A DNA stretch of 64,000 nucleotides from an uncultured bacterium (GTDB lineage Bacteria > Krumholzibacteriota > Krumholzibacteriia > JACNKJ01). A program made the translations under genes and the position numbers. The stretch covers positions 21,671 through 85,670 of the forward strand of contig CAYTPZ010000003.1 in assembly GCA_964440095.1 (NCBI GenBank). The letters run 5' to 3'. This document shows positions 43,053-52,224 of this stretch, one piece after another (the first letter of the stretch is position 1; every line of letters begins with the position of its first letter). The notes below the pieces were generated by a model. It was given only the letters and a program-made list of their open reading frames with translations, did not search any database and was not told the DNA's origin.

Positions 43053-45294
43053 TCGCGGGCCTCTTGGAACTTGAACTGTCCGTAGGATACTTGATCCGCG
43101 GATGATAAATGCTATGGAAAGTGGTGATGAAGCTCTCACGAATGGATGCCAGGTCCTGCAGGCTGAGGCCACACTCCTCGAGCTGACCATCCTTCATGCG
43201 CTTCTCGATGGCACCGGTGACCACGCTGCGAATCTTGCTGGGGGTTGGCGCGTCCAGTGAACGGACCGTGGCCTCCACCGTGTCGGCCATCATGAGTATG
43301 GCGGTTTCCTTCGATTGAGGACGCGGACCTGGGTAGCGGAAGTCTTCGGCTCTTACGGTACCCTTGGGATCGTCATCCTGAGCCTTGCGATAGAAGTACT
43401 CCATTACAGTGGTGCCGTGATGCTCGGGAATGCCCGCCGAAACGATGCTCGGCAGTTTGATTTTCTCGGCCAGATCCAGACCCTCTTTCACATGAGCGCT
43501 AATGATGAGAGCGCTCATATTGGGCGTGAGCTTGTCGTGACGATTCTTGGAGGCGCGTACGTTCTCACCGAAATAGTCGGGCTTCACCAGTTTTCCGATG
43601 TCGTGATAGTAGGCGCAAACCTTCGCCAGCAAGGGACGAGCGCCGATGGCGTCAGCCGCGGCCTCTGCCAGATTGCTCACCACGAGACTGTGCTGGAAGG
43701 ATCCCGGAGCCTCCACTTTCATGCGCTTGAGGATGGGTCGGTTCAGGTCTGTAAGTTCCAGCAGGCTGAGCTCGGTTGTGATGTCCAGAAAGCGCTCCAG
43801 CAGAGGGGTGATGGGCAAGACCAGCCAGGCGCAGACCAGCCCACCGCCCATGCCGATAAGCGCCCGCGCGAGAATATCCAGGGGAGGCGTCTGCCCCAGT
43901 TCCACCGCACCGATGCCTACAAAATAGGCCAGACTGATAAAGAAGATGCTCTTGTAAAGCTGAAGCCTGCTGCGGATCTGTCCCATGGAGAAGATGGCCG
44001 CGCCACCGGCCAAGAAGGCCAGTAGCAGCGCGCCGGAGGGGACCTCCGTGGACACACCCAAGAGAACAATGGCCCCCAGTGTGGTGATCACCGAGAGCAC
44101 CGGGTCGAAGAGCCCCGCCACCAACATGGCCAAGAACGCGATGGGAAGCAGGTACTTGGCGCCGGGGGAATCCATGTCCAGAAGCATGCTGCTGGCGAAG
44201 AGGAAGAGTAGTTCCAGCATGACCAGGAAAAAGGTGCGTCGCCACTGGTGGAAGAAATCCGCGCGATAGAGGATCAGGAAGCGCACGGCGAGAAAGAGTA
44301 AAAAGACCAGCAACAGAATTCGGCCGGCGAAGATTCCAAGAATTCGCAGGCGGCTTTCCGGCTGAAGACCCAACTGGCTTTCCAGTGCCGCCAGTTTGTC
44401 CAGGTGATCCTGGGTCACCTGAAGATTGGGTCCGAGTATGCGCACACCTTTGGGAATCAGCGTGTGTGAAGCCACGGTCTCGGCGGCTTGCTGCTTGCGC
44501 AGTGTGGTTTCCGCATCCAGGTAACTGAGATTGGGCCTGAGCAATCCTCGCGACAGGCTTCGAAAGGCCACCGCTGATTCGGCGCGCCAATCGTTCCAGC
44601 CGCGTCCACGTCGATCCAGGAATGCTTCAAGTTGATTCTGATCCAGCATGCCCTCAGCGCCACTGCTGCGCTCGCCTTCCAGGCCCAGCAGAACGAAGGG
44701 CTGCTCTCCCGAAAAGCCCTCCACGAAGGGGCTTCGCGTGTCTAAGATACCGCGGTCCAGTAAACTGTCACAAACGGTTTGGACGCGCTCGAGAATGAGA
44801 CTGCGATCGGGACTGTCCAGCAAAACGGCCAGCAGCGTGTAGTCCAGATTCGGCTGCAGGCGCTGTAGCCGCAGGCGGCGTCCGGTGGAACGCCCCAGGC
44901 TGTCGGCTGAGCTAAGGTTCGTGGAGTCGGAAGCGTCCACAAACTCCAGGTCGGTGCGAAGGCGGTCGAGGCGGTCTCGAATCTGCATGCCCAATTCCCC
45001 ATCTTCACGATAGACGGGTGGCACCTGCAGCGAGGCTTGAGCGCGTCGTTCTTCGAGTAGACGTTCATCCACCGGCACGCGGAAATCGATGGGCGCGATG
45101 ACTTCCTGGGCGGAATTCGTTACCTGGTTCAGTTGAAAATCGAAACGAGGTGCCGGCGCCACGGGTGGGAAAAGTACGAGGGCACTCGCCATGAGGGCCA
45201 GGCCGAGCAGCAGATTGATCAGAAGATGGAAGCGCCCCTTCTTCTTTCCATTGCGCGACTCGCCATCCTGGGATTTTTGCTGAGAGGGACTCAC
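43015..45294 (-). CDS. 7TM receptor with intracellular HDIG phosphohydrolase domain (YqfF/7TMR-HD family)
   Basis: Multi-TM core plus C-terminal AYYHDIGKLVKPDYFGEN...EHHGTTVMEYFYRKA. Conserved phoH-7TMHD-ybeY synteny. Confidence 0.85.
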   Translation of the reverse strand: MSPSQQKSQDGESRNGKKKGRFHLLINLLLGLALMASALVLFPPVAPAPRFDFQLNQVTNSAQEVIAPIDFRVPVDERLLEERRAQASLQVPPVYREDGELGMQIRDRLDRLRTDLEFVDASDSTNLSSADSLGRSTGRRLRLQRLQPNLDYTLLAVLLDSPDRSLILERVQTVCDSLLDRGILDTRSPFVEGFSGEQPFVLLGLEGERSSGAEGMLDQNQLEAFLDRRGRGWNDWRAESAVAFRSLSRGLLRPNLSYLDAETTLRKQQAAETVASHTLIPKGVRILGPNLQVTQDHLDKLAALESQLGLQPESRLRILGIFAGRILLLVFLLFLAVRFLILYRADFFHQWRRTFFLVMLELLFLFASSMLLDMDSPGAKYLLPIAFLAMLVAGLFDPVLSVITTLGAIVLLGVSTEVPSGALLLAFLAGGAAIFSMGQIRSRLQLYKSIFFISLAYFVGIGAVELGQTPPLDILARALIGMGGGLVCAWLVLPITPLLERFLDITTELSLLELTDLNRPILKRMKVEAPGSFQHSLVVSNLAEAAADAIGARPLLAKVCAYYHDIGKLVKPDYFGENVRASKNRHDKLTPNMSALIISAHVKEGLDLAEKIKLPSIVSAGIPEHHGTTVMEYFYRKAQDDDPKGTVRAEDFRYPGPRPQSKETAILMMADTVEATVRSLDAPTPSKIRSVVTGAIEKRMKDGQLEECGLSLQDLASIRESFITTFHSIYHPRIKYPTDSSSSKRPAIETDDSSNAKIS

Positions 45295-46259
45295 GAAGTT
45301 TTCCCTTCATCACTCAGTTTCTCAAAGGCGTCGATGATTTTGCGCACCAGGTGATGACGCACCACGTCTTCGCGATCCAATGTGGTGAATGCGATTCCCT
45401 CGATACCTTCCAGCAGTTTTCGTGCGGCCACGAGACCCGAGTCTGTGGGATTTTCCAGATCGATCTGCGTGATGTCTCCCGTGATCACGGTGCGCGAGCC
45501 ATTGCCCATGCGTGTGAGGAACATCTTCATTTGCGTGACCGTGGTGTTCTGGGCTTCGTCCAAGATCACGAAAGCTGAGTTCAGCGTACGACCGCGCATG
45601 TAGGCCAGAGGAATGGCCTCCACTACTCCCGACTCCATGAGCTGACGTGTTTTGCTGCTGCCCACGAGATCGATGAGCGCATCGCGCAAAGGTTGGATGT
45701 AGGGATTGATCTTCTCCTCCAAGTCGCCGGGCAGGAAGCCCAAAGATTCTCCCGCCTCCACCGCCGGACGCACCAGAAGCAGGCGATCCACTTCACGAGC
45801 GCGCAAGAGCGCCAGGGCCTGTGCCACGGCCAAGTAGGTTTTACCCGTGCCCGCAGGCCCGATGGAGAAAACCATCTCGTGGGTTTGCATGGCTTCCACG
45901 TAGAGTTTTTGCCCGTAGGTCTTGGGACGGATCCCGCCATTGCCCGCCGACTCCAGCACCACGCCTTCCAGTTCGCTCAGACGCTTTTGGTTCTGCTCGC
46001 GCCTCAGACCGAGGGCATAGTAGATATCCTGTTCGGTTAGGGCGCGACCCGTCTTGGATAACTCCATGAGATCAAGCAGCACGACAGCCATCTCTTCCAC
46101 GCGCACGCGCGGCCCCTTGAGCGTGAGCTTCTCGCCCCGCACGGTGATACACCCCGGGAAGTCTTCCTCCAGGATGCGCAGATGGCGATCGCCGATACCG
46201 AGCAGATTCAGGGCATCCACATCAGCCAGCGAAATGATCTCTTGATGTTCCTTGGCCAT
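45291..46259 (-). CDS. phoH: PhoH-like ATPase
   Basis: Walker A GPAGTGKTYLAVAQALA. Walker B LLLVRPAVEAGESLGFLPGDLEEK. The start is placed at the Met with a GAGGGG RBS. The track ORF extends to 46292. Confidence 0.88.
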   Translation of the reverse strand: MAKEHQEIISLADVDALNLLGIGDRHLRILEEDFPGCITVRGEKLTLKGPRVRVEEMAVVLLDLMELSKTGRALTEQDIYYALGLRREQNQKRLSELEGVVLESAGNGGIRPKTYGQKLYVEAMQTHEMVFSIGPAGTGKTYLAVAQALALLRAREVDRLLLVRPAVEAGESLGFLPGDLEEKINPYIQPLRDALIDLVGSSKTRQLMESGVVEAIPLAYMRGRTLNSAFVILDEAQNTTVTQMKMFLTRMGNGSRTVITGDITQIDLENPTDSGLVAARKLLEGIEGIAFTTLDREDVVRHHLVRKIIDAFEKLSDEGKTS

Positions 46260-46352
46260 ATTCCCCTCAAGCAGAAAACTCTTGGCACCCATATGGGCGC
46301 CAAGAGCTCGATTTTCTCAGATAAAGATCGGCCTTCGTGGCACTTCAGGCCC

Positions 46353-47054
46353 CTAACGGGGGATCTCGAAGAGCTGCTCCGGATAGATCAGATTGGGATC
46401 CTTGATCTCATCCTTGTTGGCCTCGTATATCTTGGTCCACTGAGTCGGATCGCCGTAGATGCGATCGTAGCCGGAGATCTTGTAAAGGAACTCGCCGGGC
46501 ATAACCAGATGCCAGTTGGGATCCTTGTTGGGGCATTCGCGCGGAATACTGAAGACCTGATCGGGATAGATCCAATGGGGATCGGCGATCTTGTCTTTGT
46601 TCGCACGATAGATCCTCGGCCACTTGATGGGATCCGCGTAGATCTCTTCCTTGCCGCTGATTTTCCACAGGCAGTCACCCTTGGCAACCGTGTAGCTCGT
46701 GGGCAGTGATTCGAAGTAGGCGATCTCTTTCCGAATATCCGCAAGACGCTCATTCTGGTTGGCCAGCTTGCCCTGCAGGGCGGTGGCCTTCATCTTGAGC
46801 TTCTTCAGATTTTCGGCGGCCTGCTTGTTGGCCATCTCATCGGCCTCGGCTGCCAGGGTGAGACGCTCAAGTTCGGAAGCCAGATCCTCGCAATACTCGT
46901 CGCGCTCAGCGTTGCTGAGCCACTTGAACTCTTCCTCGGTGTAGTAGTCGCCCGAGGCAACGTCCACCTGGCGCGTCGCCTTTTTCCCGCAGCCGGTCAA
47001 GACGAGCGTCGGGAGGAGGAGGGCCAGGGCCAAGAGAATACTAATACGTTTCAT
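46353..47054 (-). CDS. Lipoprotein with coiled-coil segment and two LysM-like repeats
   Basis: Signal peptide and lipobox (LVLTGCG) at the internal Met. Two repeats of KGDCLWKISG...IYADPIKWPRIYRANKDKIADPHWIYPDQVFSIP. Confidence 0.55.
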   Translation of the reverse strand: MKRISILLALALLLPTLVLTGCGKKATRQVDVASGDYYTEEEFKWLSNAERDEYCEDLASELERLTLAAEADEMANKQAAENLKKLKMKATALQGKLANQNERLADIRKEIAYFESLPTSYTVAKGDCLWKISGKEEIYADPIKWPRIYRANKDKIADPHWIYPDQVFSIPRECPNKDPNWHLVMPGEFLYKISGYDRIYGDPTQWTKIYEANKDEIKDPNLIYPEQLFEIPR

Positions 47055-47083
47055 GGCGTTGCTCCTGTCGTGTCCCGGGCCGC

Positions 47084-47374
47084 TCATCGGCCGCTTCCGC
47101 ACTTGAGGTCTTCAAGCTTTTCGACCAGGGCCGCATGTTCGGCATCGGTCAGGAGCTGAGACTCCAGTTTGGCGATTTGTTTTTCCAGATCATCCTGCTT
47201 CACCGCGGCCTTGCTCGCGAGTTCTCGCTGAGCCGCATCGGCCATGGCGCGCACCTCTTCAAGCTCGGCGACATCCGTGTCGCAGGGGGGTGGCGGGCAG
47301 GCGCAACCAGCTAAGAACAGGCTCGCCAGAAGAGCCAGTCCGGCCAGTATCAGAATCTTCGTGCGCATTTTCAC
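47084..47374 (-). CDS. Small coiled-coil lipoprotein (96 aa)
   Basis: MKMRTKILILAGLALLASLFLAGC lipobox followed by a heptad-like helix (LEKQIAKLESQLLTDAEHAALVEKLEDLK). A promoter-like element lies directly upstream. Confidence 0.5.
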   Translation of the reverse strand: MKMRTKILILAGLALLASLFLAGCACPPPPCDTDVAELEEVRAMADAAQRELASKAAVKQDDLEKQIAKLESQLLTDAEHAALVEKLEDLKCGSGR

Positions 47375-47442
47375 GGCCCAAGCCTCCTTCGCATCTCCAA
47401 GTGTTTAAAACTCAAACGCTTAATCAATATTCGACCGCACTC

Positions 47443-47471
47443 AAATTAGGAGAGGGGTCGAGGACTGTCAA
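47443..47471 (-). promoter_or_regulatory. Candidate promoter, Bacteroidota-type (TTG-N20-TAATTTG) and also sigma70-like (TTGACA-N17-TAATTT)
   Basis: Minus strand reads cTTGACAgtcctcgacccctctccTAATTTGag, ~70 nt upstream of the 96-aa lipoprotein start. It matches the FCB sigmaA -33 TTG / -7 TAnnTTTG consensus. Confidence 0.45.
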
Positions 47472-47520
47472 GCAGATTATCCCTCTCTTACAAATGCGGC
47501 AAGCCTTTATTTTACAAGAC

Positions 47521-49302
47521 TTAGCCCTCTTCCTCGCGAATCTCGATGGACAATTCCCGCAGCTGTTCTTCGTCAATGGGTGCGGGAGCGTCCACCATCA
47601 GGCTTTTGGCCTGCAGGGTCTTGGGGAAGGCGATGTAGTCGCGGATGGAATCTCCCCCATCCAGGACCATGAGCAACCGGTCCAAGCCCGGTGCGATACC
47701 GCCGTGGGGAGGAGCTCCATAATCGAAAGCGCCCAACAGGAACCCGAAACGCCTCTCCGCCTCCGCTTTGTCAATACCGACCACCGCCATGACCTTCTCC
47801 TGTATGTCGCGGCGATGAATACGAATGCTCCCGCTCGCAAGTTCCACGCCATTGCAGACCAGGTCATAGAGCTGTCCGCGCACCTCCCCAGGATCGCTAT
47901 CCAGGTATTCCAGATCCTCGTCCAGAGGCAGAGTGAAGAAGTGATGCATGGCCTCGAAAGCCTGCTTCTCTTCATCCCATCCGAAGAGGGGGAATTTGTG
48001 CACCCAAAGGAAACGGAAGTCACCGGGCTTGATCAGGTCGAGCTTCCGGCCGAGCGCGTTTCGCACGGCACCCATGGCCGTTGCCGCGGTCTCCCACTCG
48101 TCGCCAACCATGAGAATGAGATCGCCGGCCTTGGCAGAAAAAATCTTCACGATGGATTCACCCGCAGCACCGCCGAAGAATTTCGACACGCCGCCGGTGA
48201 GCCCGTCCTCATCCACCTTCATCCAGGCAAGACCCTTGGCCCGGTAGGTCTTCGCGGATTTCTCCAGCTCCTCGATTTCCTTTCGCGAGAAGGTCGCGCC
48301 GCCGGGAACGCAAAGACCCTTCACCACGCCGCCGCTTTCGATCACACCCGTAAAAGCCTTGAAGTTGCTGGCCGCGCAGGCATCGCTCAGGTCGGCCAGT
48401 TCAAGATCGAAACGAAGGTCAGGCTTGTCACTGCCGTAACGGTCCATGACCTCGTGGAAGCTCATGCGATCGAAGGGCACCTTCAAGCCTTCCCCGATGA
48501 CATTCTTGAAGATCGATTCGAGCATGCGCTCCACCACATCGAAGACTTCCTCCTCGGTGACAAAGCTCATTTCCATGTCGATCTGTGTGTGCTCGGGCTG
48601 GCGGTCGCCGCGCAGATCCTCGTCACGGAAGCAACGGGCCATCTGAAAATACTTTTCATAACCGGCCACCATGAGAAGCTGCTTGTAGAGCTGTGGACTC
48701 TGGGGCAGGGCGTAGAACATACCGTGGTGAACACGGCTGGGCACCACATAGTCGCGCGCGCCTTCTGGCGTGCTGCGGATAAACATGGGCGTTTCGATCT
48801 CGCGGAATCCCAGAGAAGATAGAAAATCGCGAACCTCCAGAACCACCTTGTGACGGAAGGTCATGCGGTCCTGCATTTCGCGGCGGCGAAGATCGAGATA
48901 GCGATACTTCAGGCGAAGATCCTCGCCCACCTCGCCCTGGTGAAAACTCTCGATGGGAAATGGCGGCGTCAGACTTTCGTTGAGGATGCGCATTTCCTCG
49001 ACCAGGATTTCCACATCGCCACTGGGCATGTCGGCATTGCGCATTTCCTCGGGACGCAGGTTCACCTTGCCGCGAAGGGCAACCACCCATTCCGCGCCCA
49101 ATTCGCGAACGCGATCGCTCATGGCTTCCTGAAAGACCACCTGGCAGATACCGCTGCTGTCGCGCAGATCCACAAATGCCAGTCCGCCGTGCTCGCGCCT
49201 GCGATGGACCCATCCCATAAGGATGACTTCCGCACCCTCATCGCTGGCCCGGAGATTTCCGCAGCCGTGGCTCTTCTTCCAGTCTCCCTGATGATCCAGC
49301 AC
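47521..49302 (-). CDS. aspS: Aspartate--tRNA ligase
   Basis: CGNLRASDEGAEVILMGWVHRRREHGGLAFVDLRD N-terminal OB-fold. Class II motifs. 593 aa. Confidence 0.95.
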   Translation of the reverse strand: MLDHQGDWKKSHGCGNLRASDEGAEVILMGWVHRRREHGGLAFVDLRDSSGICQVVFQEAMSDRVRELGAEWVVALRGKVNLRPEEMRNADMPSGDVEILVEEMRILNESLTPPFPIESFHQGEVGEDLRLKYRYLDLRRREMQDRMTFRHKVVLEVRDFLSSLGFREIETPMFIRSTPEGARDYVVPSRVHHGMFYALPQSPQLYKQLLMVAGYEKYFQMARCFRDEDLRGDRQPEHTQIDMEMSFVTEEEVFDVVERMLESIFKNVIGEGLKVPFDRMSFHEVMDRYGSDKPDLRFDLELADLSDACAASNFKAFTGVIESGGVVKGLCVPGGATFSRKEIEELEKSAKTYRAKGLAWMKVDEDGLTGGVSKFFGGAAGESIVKIFSAKAGDLILMVGDEWETAATAMGAVRNALGRKLDLIKPGDFRFLWVHKFPLFGWDEEKQAFEAMHHFFTLPLDEDLEYLDSDPGEVRGQLYDLVCNGVELASGSIRIHRRDIQEKVMAVVGIDKAEAERRFGFLLGAFDYGAPPHGGIAPGLDRLLMVLDGGDSIRDYIAFPKTLQAKSLMVDAPAPIDEEQLRELSIEIREEEG

Positions 49303-49319
49303 TTGATCTCCTTCGCGCC

Positions 49320-50582
49320 CTATCCCAGCGCCTTGATGAATTCCTTCAGTTCCGATTCGGGCAAGGTCACCTGTTCGCCGGAATCCAGATCTTTGACCGT
49401 CACAGCCAACTTGGCCAGTTCGTCTTCGCCAAGAATGAGCGCGAATCGCACGCCCTTGGCGTTGGATGTTTTCAATTGGGCCTTCATGCCTCGCCCGCTG
49501 AAGTCGATCTCCACGGGAATCAGTTCGCGCAGACTCGTGGCCACACGGGTCGCAGCGGCTTCGCCATTTTCATCGAGCAGCACAAGGTAGGCGCCTCGGC
49601 TCCCCAGGTCGGCGGCTTCCACGGTCTTCTCCGTTTCCACCGCAATGAGGATGCGCTCAATGCCCGCCGAGAATCCCACCGCCGGAGTGGCCTTGCCGCC
49701 GAGCTGCTCCATGAGGCGATCGTAGCGACCGCCGCCGCCCAAGGCACTCTGGGCACCCAGGGCCGGGTAGTGTACCTCGAACACCGTACGCGTGTAGTAG
49801 TCGAGGCCGCGCACCAGGGCCTTATCCCGTTTGAAGGGAATTTTCGCCTCGGTGAGCAGTTCCTCCACGCGTTCCTGGTGGGCCATGCAATCATCGCAAA
49901 GGTGATCCATGGGGCGCGGCGCATCGGCCAATGCCGTTTTGCAGGACTCGACCTTGCAATCAAAAACCCGCATGGGATTTGTCTCGGCGCGATCCCGGCA
50001 TGTGGCGCAAAGCTGATCTCCAAGGTCTTTCAGCACCGGCTTTAATACCTTTTCAAGATAGTCGGGCCGGCAACAGTCATCGCCTACGCTACCGAGTTCA
50101 ACCTCGGTATCGGCGAAGCCAACATGGCCCAGGACTTCTACGAGCAGGCCGATGACCTCGGCGTCCATGGCCGGTGACGCACTGCCCAGGGCTTCCACAC
50201 CAAACTGATGAAACTGGCGATAGCGCCCCGCCTGAGGGCGATCATAGCGGAACATGGGTCCCCAGTAACCCAATCGAAGATTGCCGCCGCCGTGCATCAT
50301 GCTGTTTTCCAGGACCATGCGCACCACGCCCGCAGTGCCCTCGGGACGCAGACTCATGCTGCGACCCTTACGATCTTCGAAGGTGTACATTTCCTTGCTG
50401 ACCACGTCGGTCTCTTCGCCCACGGCGCGGGTGAACAGTTCGGTGCGCTCGAAGATGGGCGTGTCAACCTGCGCAAAACCATAGCGGTCGCAAACATCCA
50501 GGAAGCTGCGATGCAGAAAGCGCATGAGCGGACTACGACAGGGCGTAATGTCGTTGGTGCCACGCGGGCGTTGGATTTTCAT
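49320..50582 (-). CDS. hisS: Histidine--tRNA ligase
   Basis: MKIQRPRGTNDITP N-terminus. Class IIa motifs. The start Met has an AAGGAAGG RBS 9 nt upstream and overlaps the stop of the VanZ-like gene (ATGA). Confidence 0.93.
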   Translation of the reverse strand: MKIQRPRGTNDITPCRSPLMRFLHRSFLDVCDRYGFAQVDTPIFERTELFTRAVGEETDVVSKEMYTFEDRKGRSMSLRPEGTAGVVRMVLENSMMHGGGNLRLGYWGPMFRYDRPQAGRYRQFHQFGVEALGSASPAMDAEVIGLLVEVLGHVGFADTEVELGSVGDDCCRPDYLEKVLKPVLKDLGDQLCATCRDRAETNPMRVFDCKVESCKTALADAPRPMDHLCDDCMAHQERVEELLTEAKIPFKRDKALVRGLDYYTRTVFEVHYPALGAQSALGGGGRYDRLMEQLGGKATPAVGFSAGIERILIAVETEKTVEAADLGSRGAYLVLLDENGEAAATRVATSLRELIPVEIDFSGRGMKAQLKTSNAKGVRFALILGEDELAKLAVTVKDLDSGEQVTLPESELKEFIKALG

Positions 50583-50965
50583 CGTCGCCATCCTTCCTTG
50601 CCCAGTCGCTGCAGGCGCGCCAGTCGCGCGGGCAGAACTCCAAGAGTGCATCCCAGGGTGTCGGCCAGCCAGTCGAAGACGTCCGACTCCCGATTGGGGA
50701 TCAAACTCTGATACAACTCATCGGCCGCTCCGGTGACGGCGCCGGCCAAGAAGCCCACGACCAGACTGCCGAGCAGCCCCCACCTCAAGGTGCGTCCACC
50801 ACCATAGGCGATGAGGAAACCATAGCCTCCGTAGAGGAGGAGGTGGACGTATTTATCCCGAAACGAGATCTGCAACTGATGGGGTGTCCCGGGAATAGAC
50901 GAGAGCCCGAAGATCAGCAGCAGGTAAAGTAACCAAGCGCGGCGCACAAGCCCTCCCGAAAACAA
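50579..50965 (-). CDS. VanZ-like family membrane protein
   Basis: Small 4-TM protein with DKYVHLLLYGGYGFL and ELYQSLIPNRESDVFDWLAD blocks typical of VanZ-like proteins. Confidence 0.65.
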   Translation of the reverse strand: MFSGGLVRRAWLLYLLLIFGLSSIPGTPHQLQISFRDKYVHLLLYGGYGFLIAYGGGRTLRWGLLGSLVVGFLAGAVTGAADELYQSLIPNRESDVFDWLADTLGCTLGVLPARLARLQRLGKEGWRR

Positions 50966-51012
50966 AAAAATAACCGCCTTTCGGCGGCATGACCACCCGG
51001 AAATGAATTTAA

Positions 51013-51471
51013 CTAGGAATCGTGGTGATGATGAAGCAGCTCCATGACCTCGGCGCTGCTTCCGGCGGCCCGAACGCGGCTTCGAAATTCTTCGCCGTGG
51101 AGCATCCTCGATATACCGGCCAGGATCTTCACATGGTCGCTGCTGTCCTGCTTGGGCCCGAGGATCATGAATATGAGATCCACGCCTTGGCCATCTACCG
51201 AATTAAAATCCAGGGGTTTCTTCAAGCGCCAGAGGGAAAGATGAATCTCGGTGACGGCATCGGACAGGGCATGGGGGATGGCCACTCCCTGGCCCACACC
51301 CGTACTCATGATGTCCTCGCGCATCTCCAGGTCTTCCTGCACGCGTGAGGTTTCGGTTACGTAGCCCTGCTTTCGCTGGGTTTCCAAGGCATCGTGAAAG
51401 AAGGCGCTCTTGTCGGCAGAGTCCAGATCCAGGTGGATGTTTTCTTCACTCAGGTATTGCTCGAATTTCAT
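51013..51471 (-). CDS. ptsN: PTS EIIA-type-2 domain protein (PtsN/EIIA-Ntr-like)
   Basis: 152 aa, GVAIPHA active-site His region. Matches the fructose/nitrogen EIIA fold. Confidence 0.7.
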   Translation of the reverse strand: MKFEQYLSEENIHLDLDSADKSAFFHDALETQRKQGYVTETSRVQEDLEMREDIMSTGVGQGVAIPHALSDAVTEIHLSLWRLKKPLDFNSVDGQGVDLIFMILGPKQDSSDHVKILAGISRMLHGEEFRSRVRAAGSSAEVMELLHHHHDS

Positions 51472-51525
51472 GGACCGATCACCCGCTCCCTTCGGCAGGA
51501 GGCGAGTTTAGGGGCAGTTGGGTGA

Positions 51526-52218
51526 CTAGTCAAGATTGCTCGCATCCTCATCTTCCGCGGGGGGAGCCAGAAGCTGAATCTCAACGGTTACACGATCGGG
51601 AATCAGGGTAATCTGAGGATCGGGATGCTCCAACATCACTTCCATGCTCACCAATCCCTCGCGGCCCTGCAGATCCATGGGCACGGTGCGAGCCTGGCGC
51701 CCGCGCAGGAAGCCGATGCGTTCCACAGGCCCGCGGGCGAGCACCTGTTCCGGAATGACCATGGGCTCGCCGGCCATTTCCCAGGGGGTGTCCGGTCCCC
51801 GCCCCATCACGACGGTAACCGGCAATTGCCGTTCGGCCACCTCGCTGATCTGCAGGTTGATGATGCCAGGCGAAAAGGCCACCACGCTGCCCTGGAATTG
51901 ACGCGGCAGATCCAGAAAATCGTCGCTCAGGGCTATGGATTGTACCTGATCGGTCACGCGTATCTCGAAACTGGGCTCCAACTTGGGAGGGAAGACCCTG
52001 AACCAGAAGAGGCGGGCCGACGGAGCACGGAAGGTAACCATGACCATGTCGCCGGGATGCTGCACGTACATGAGCGAATCGGATAGCTCGGGCAAAGCCA
52101 GGGGGACGGAAATCTGACGTACTTCCACCCGCTGTCCATTGACCACGGCCCATAGGAACAGGGCCAGGAATAAGCTGGTCAGCTTGATCGCCATGTTCTT
52201 GACGAAGAAATCCTTCAC
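51526..52218 (-). CDS. YbbR-like domain protein
   Basis: N-terminal anchor MAIKLTSLFLALFLWAVVNG followed by repeated VPV...V..P..V pattern typical of YbbR/CdaR-type proteins. Confidence 0.55.
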   Translation of the reverse strand: MKDFFVKNMAIKLTSLFLALFLWAVVNGQRVEVRQISVPLALPELSDSLMYVQHPGDMVMVTFRAPSARLFWFRVFPPKLEPSFEIRVTDQVQSIALSDDFLDLPRQFQGSVVAFSPGIINLQISEVAERQLPVTVVMGRGPDTPWEMAGEPMVIPEQVLARGPVERIGFLRGRQARTVPMDLQGREGLVSMEVMLEHPDPQITLIPDRVTVEIQLLAPPAEDEDASNLD

Positions 52219-52224
52219 GCTCGC

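Noticed and set aside
51013-51471. ptsN-like EIIA as part of an rpoN-hpf-ptsN regulatory cluster
   Set aside because: No rpoN, hpf or hprK is adjacent. The neighbours are YbbR-like and VanZ-like genes, so no cluster-level claim is made.
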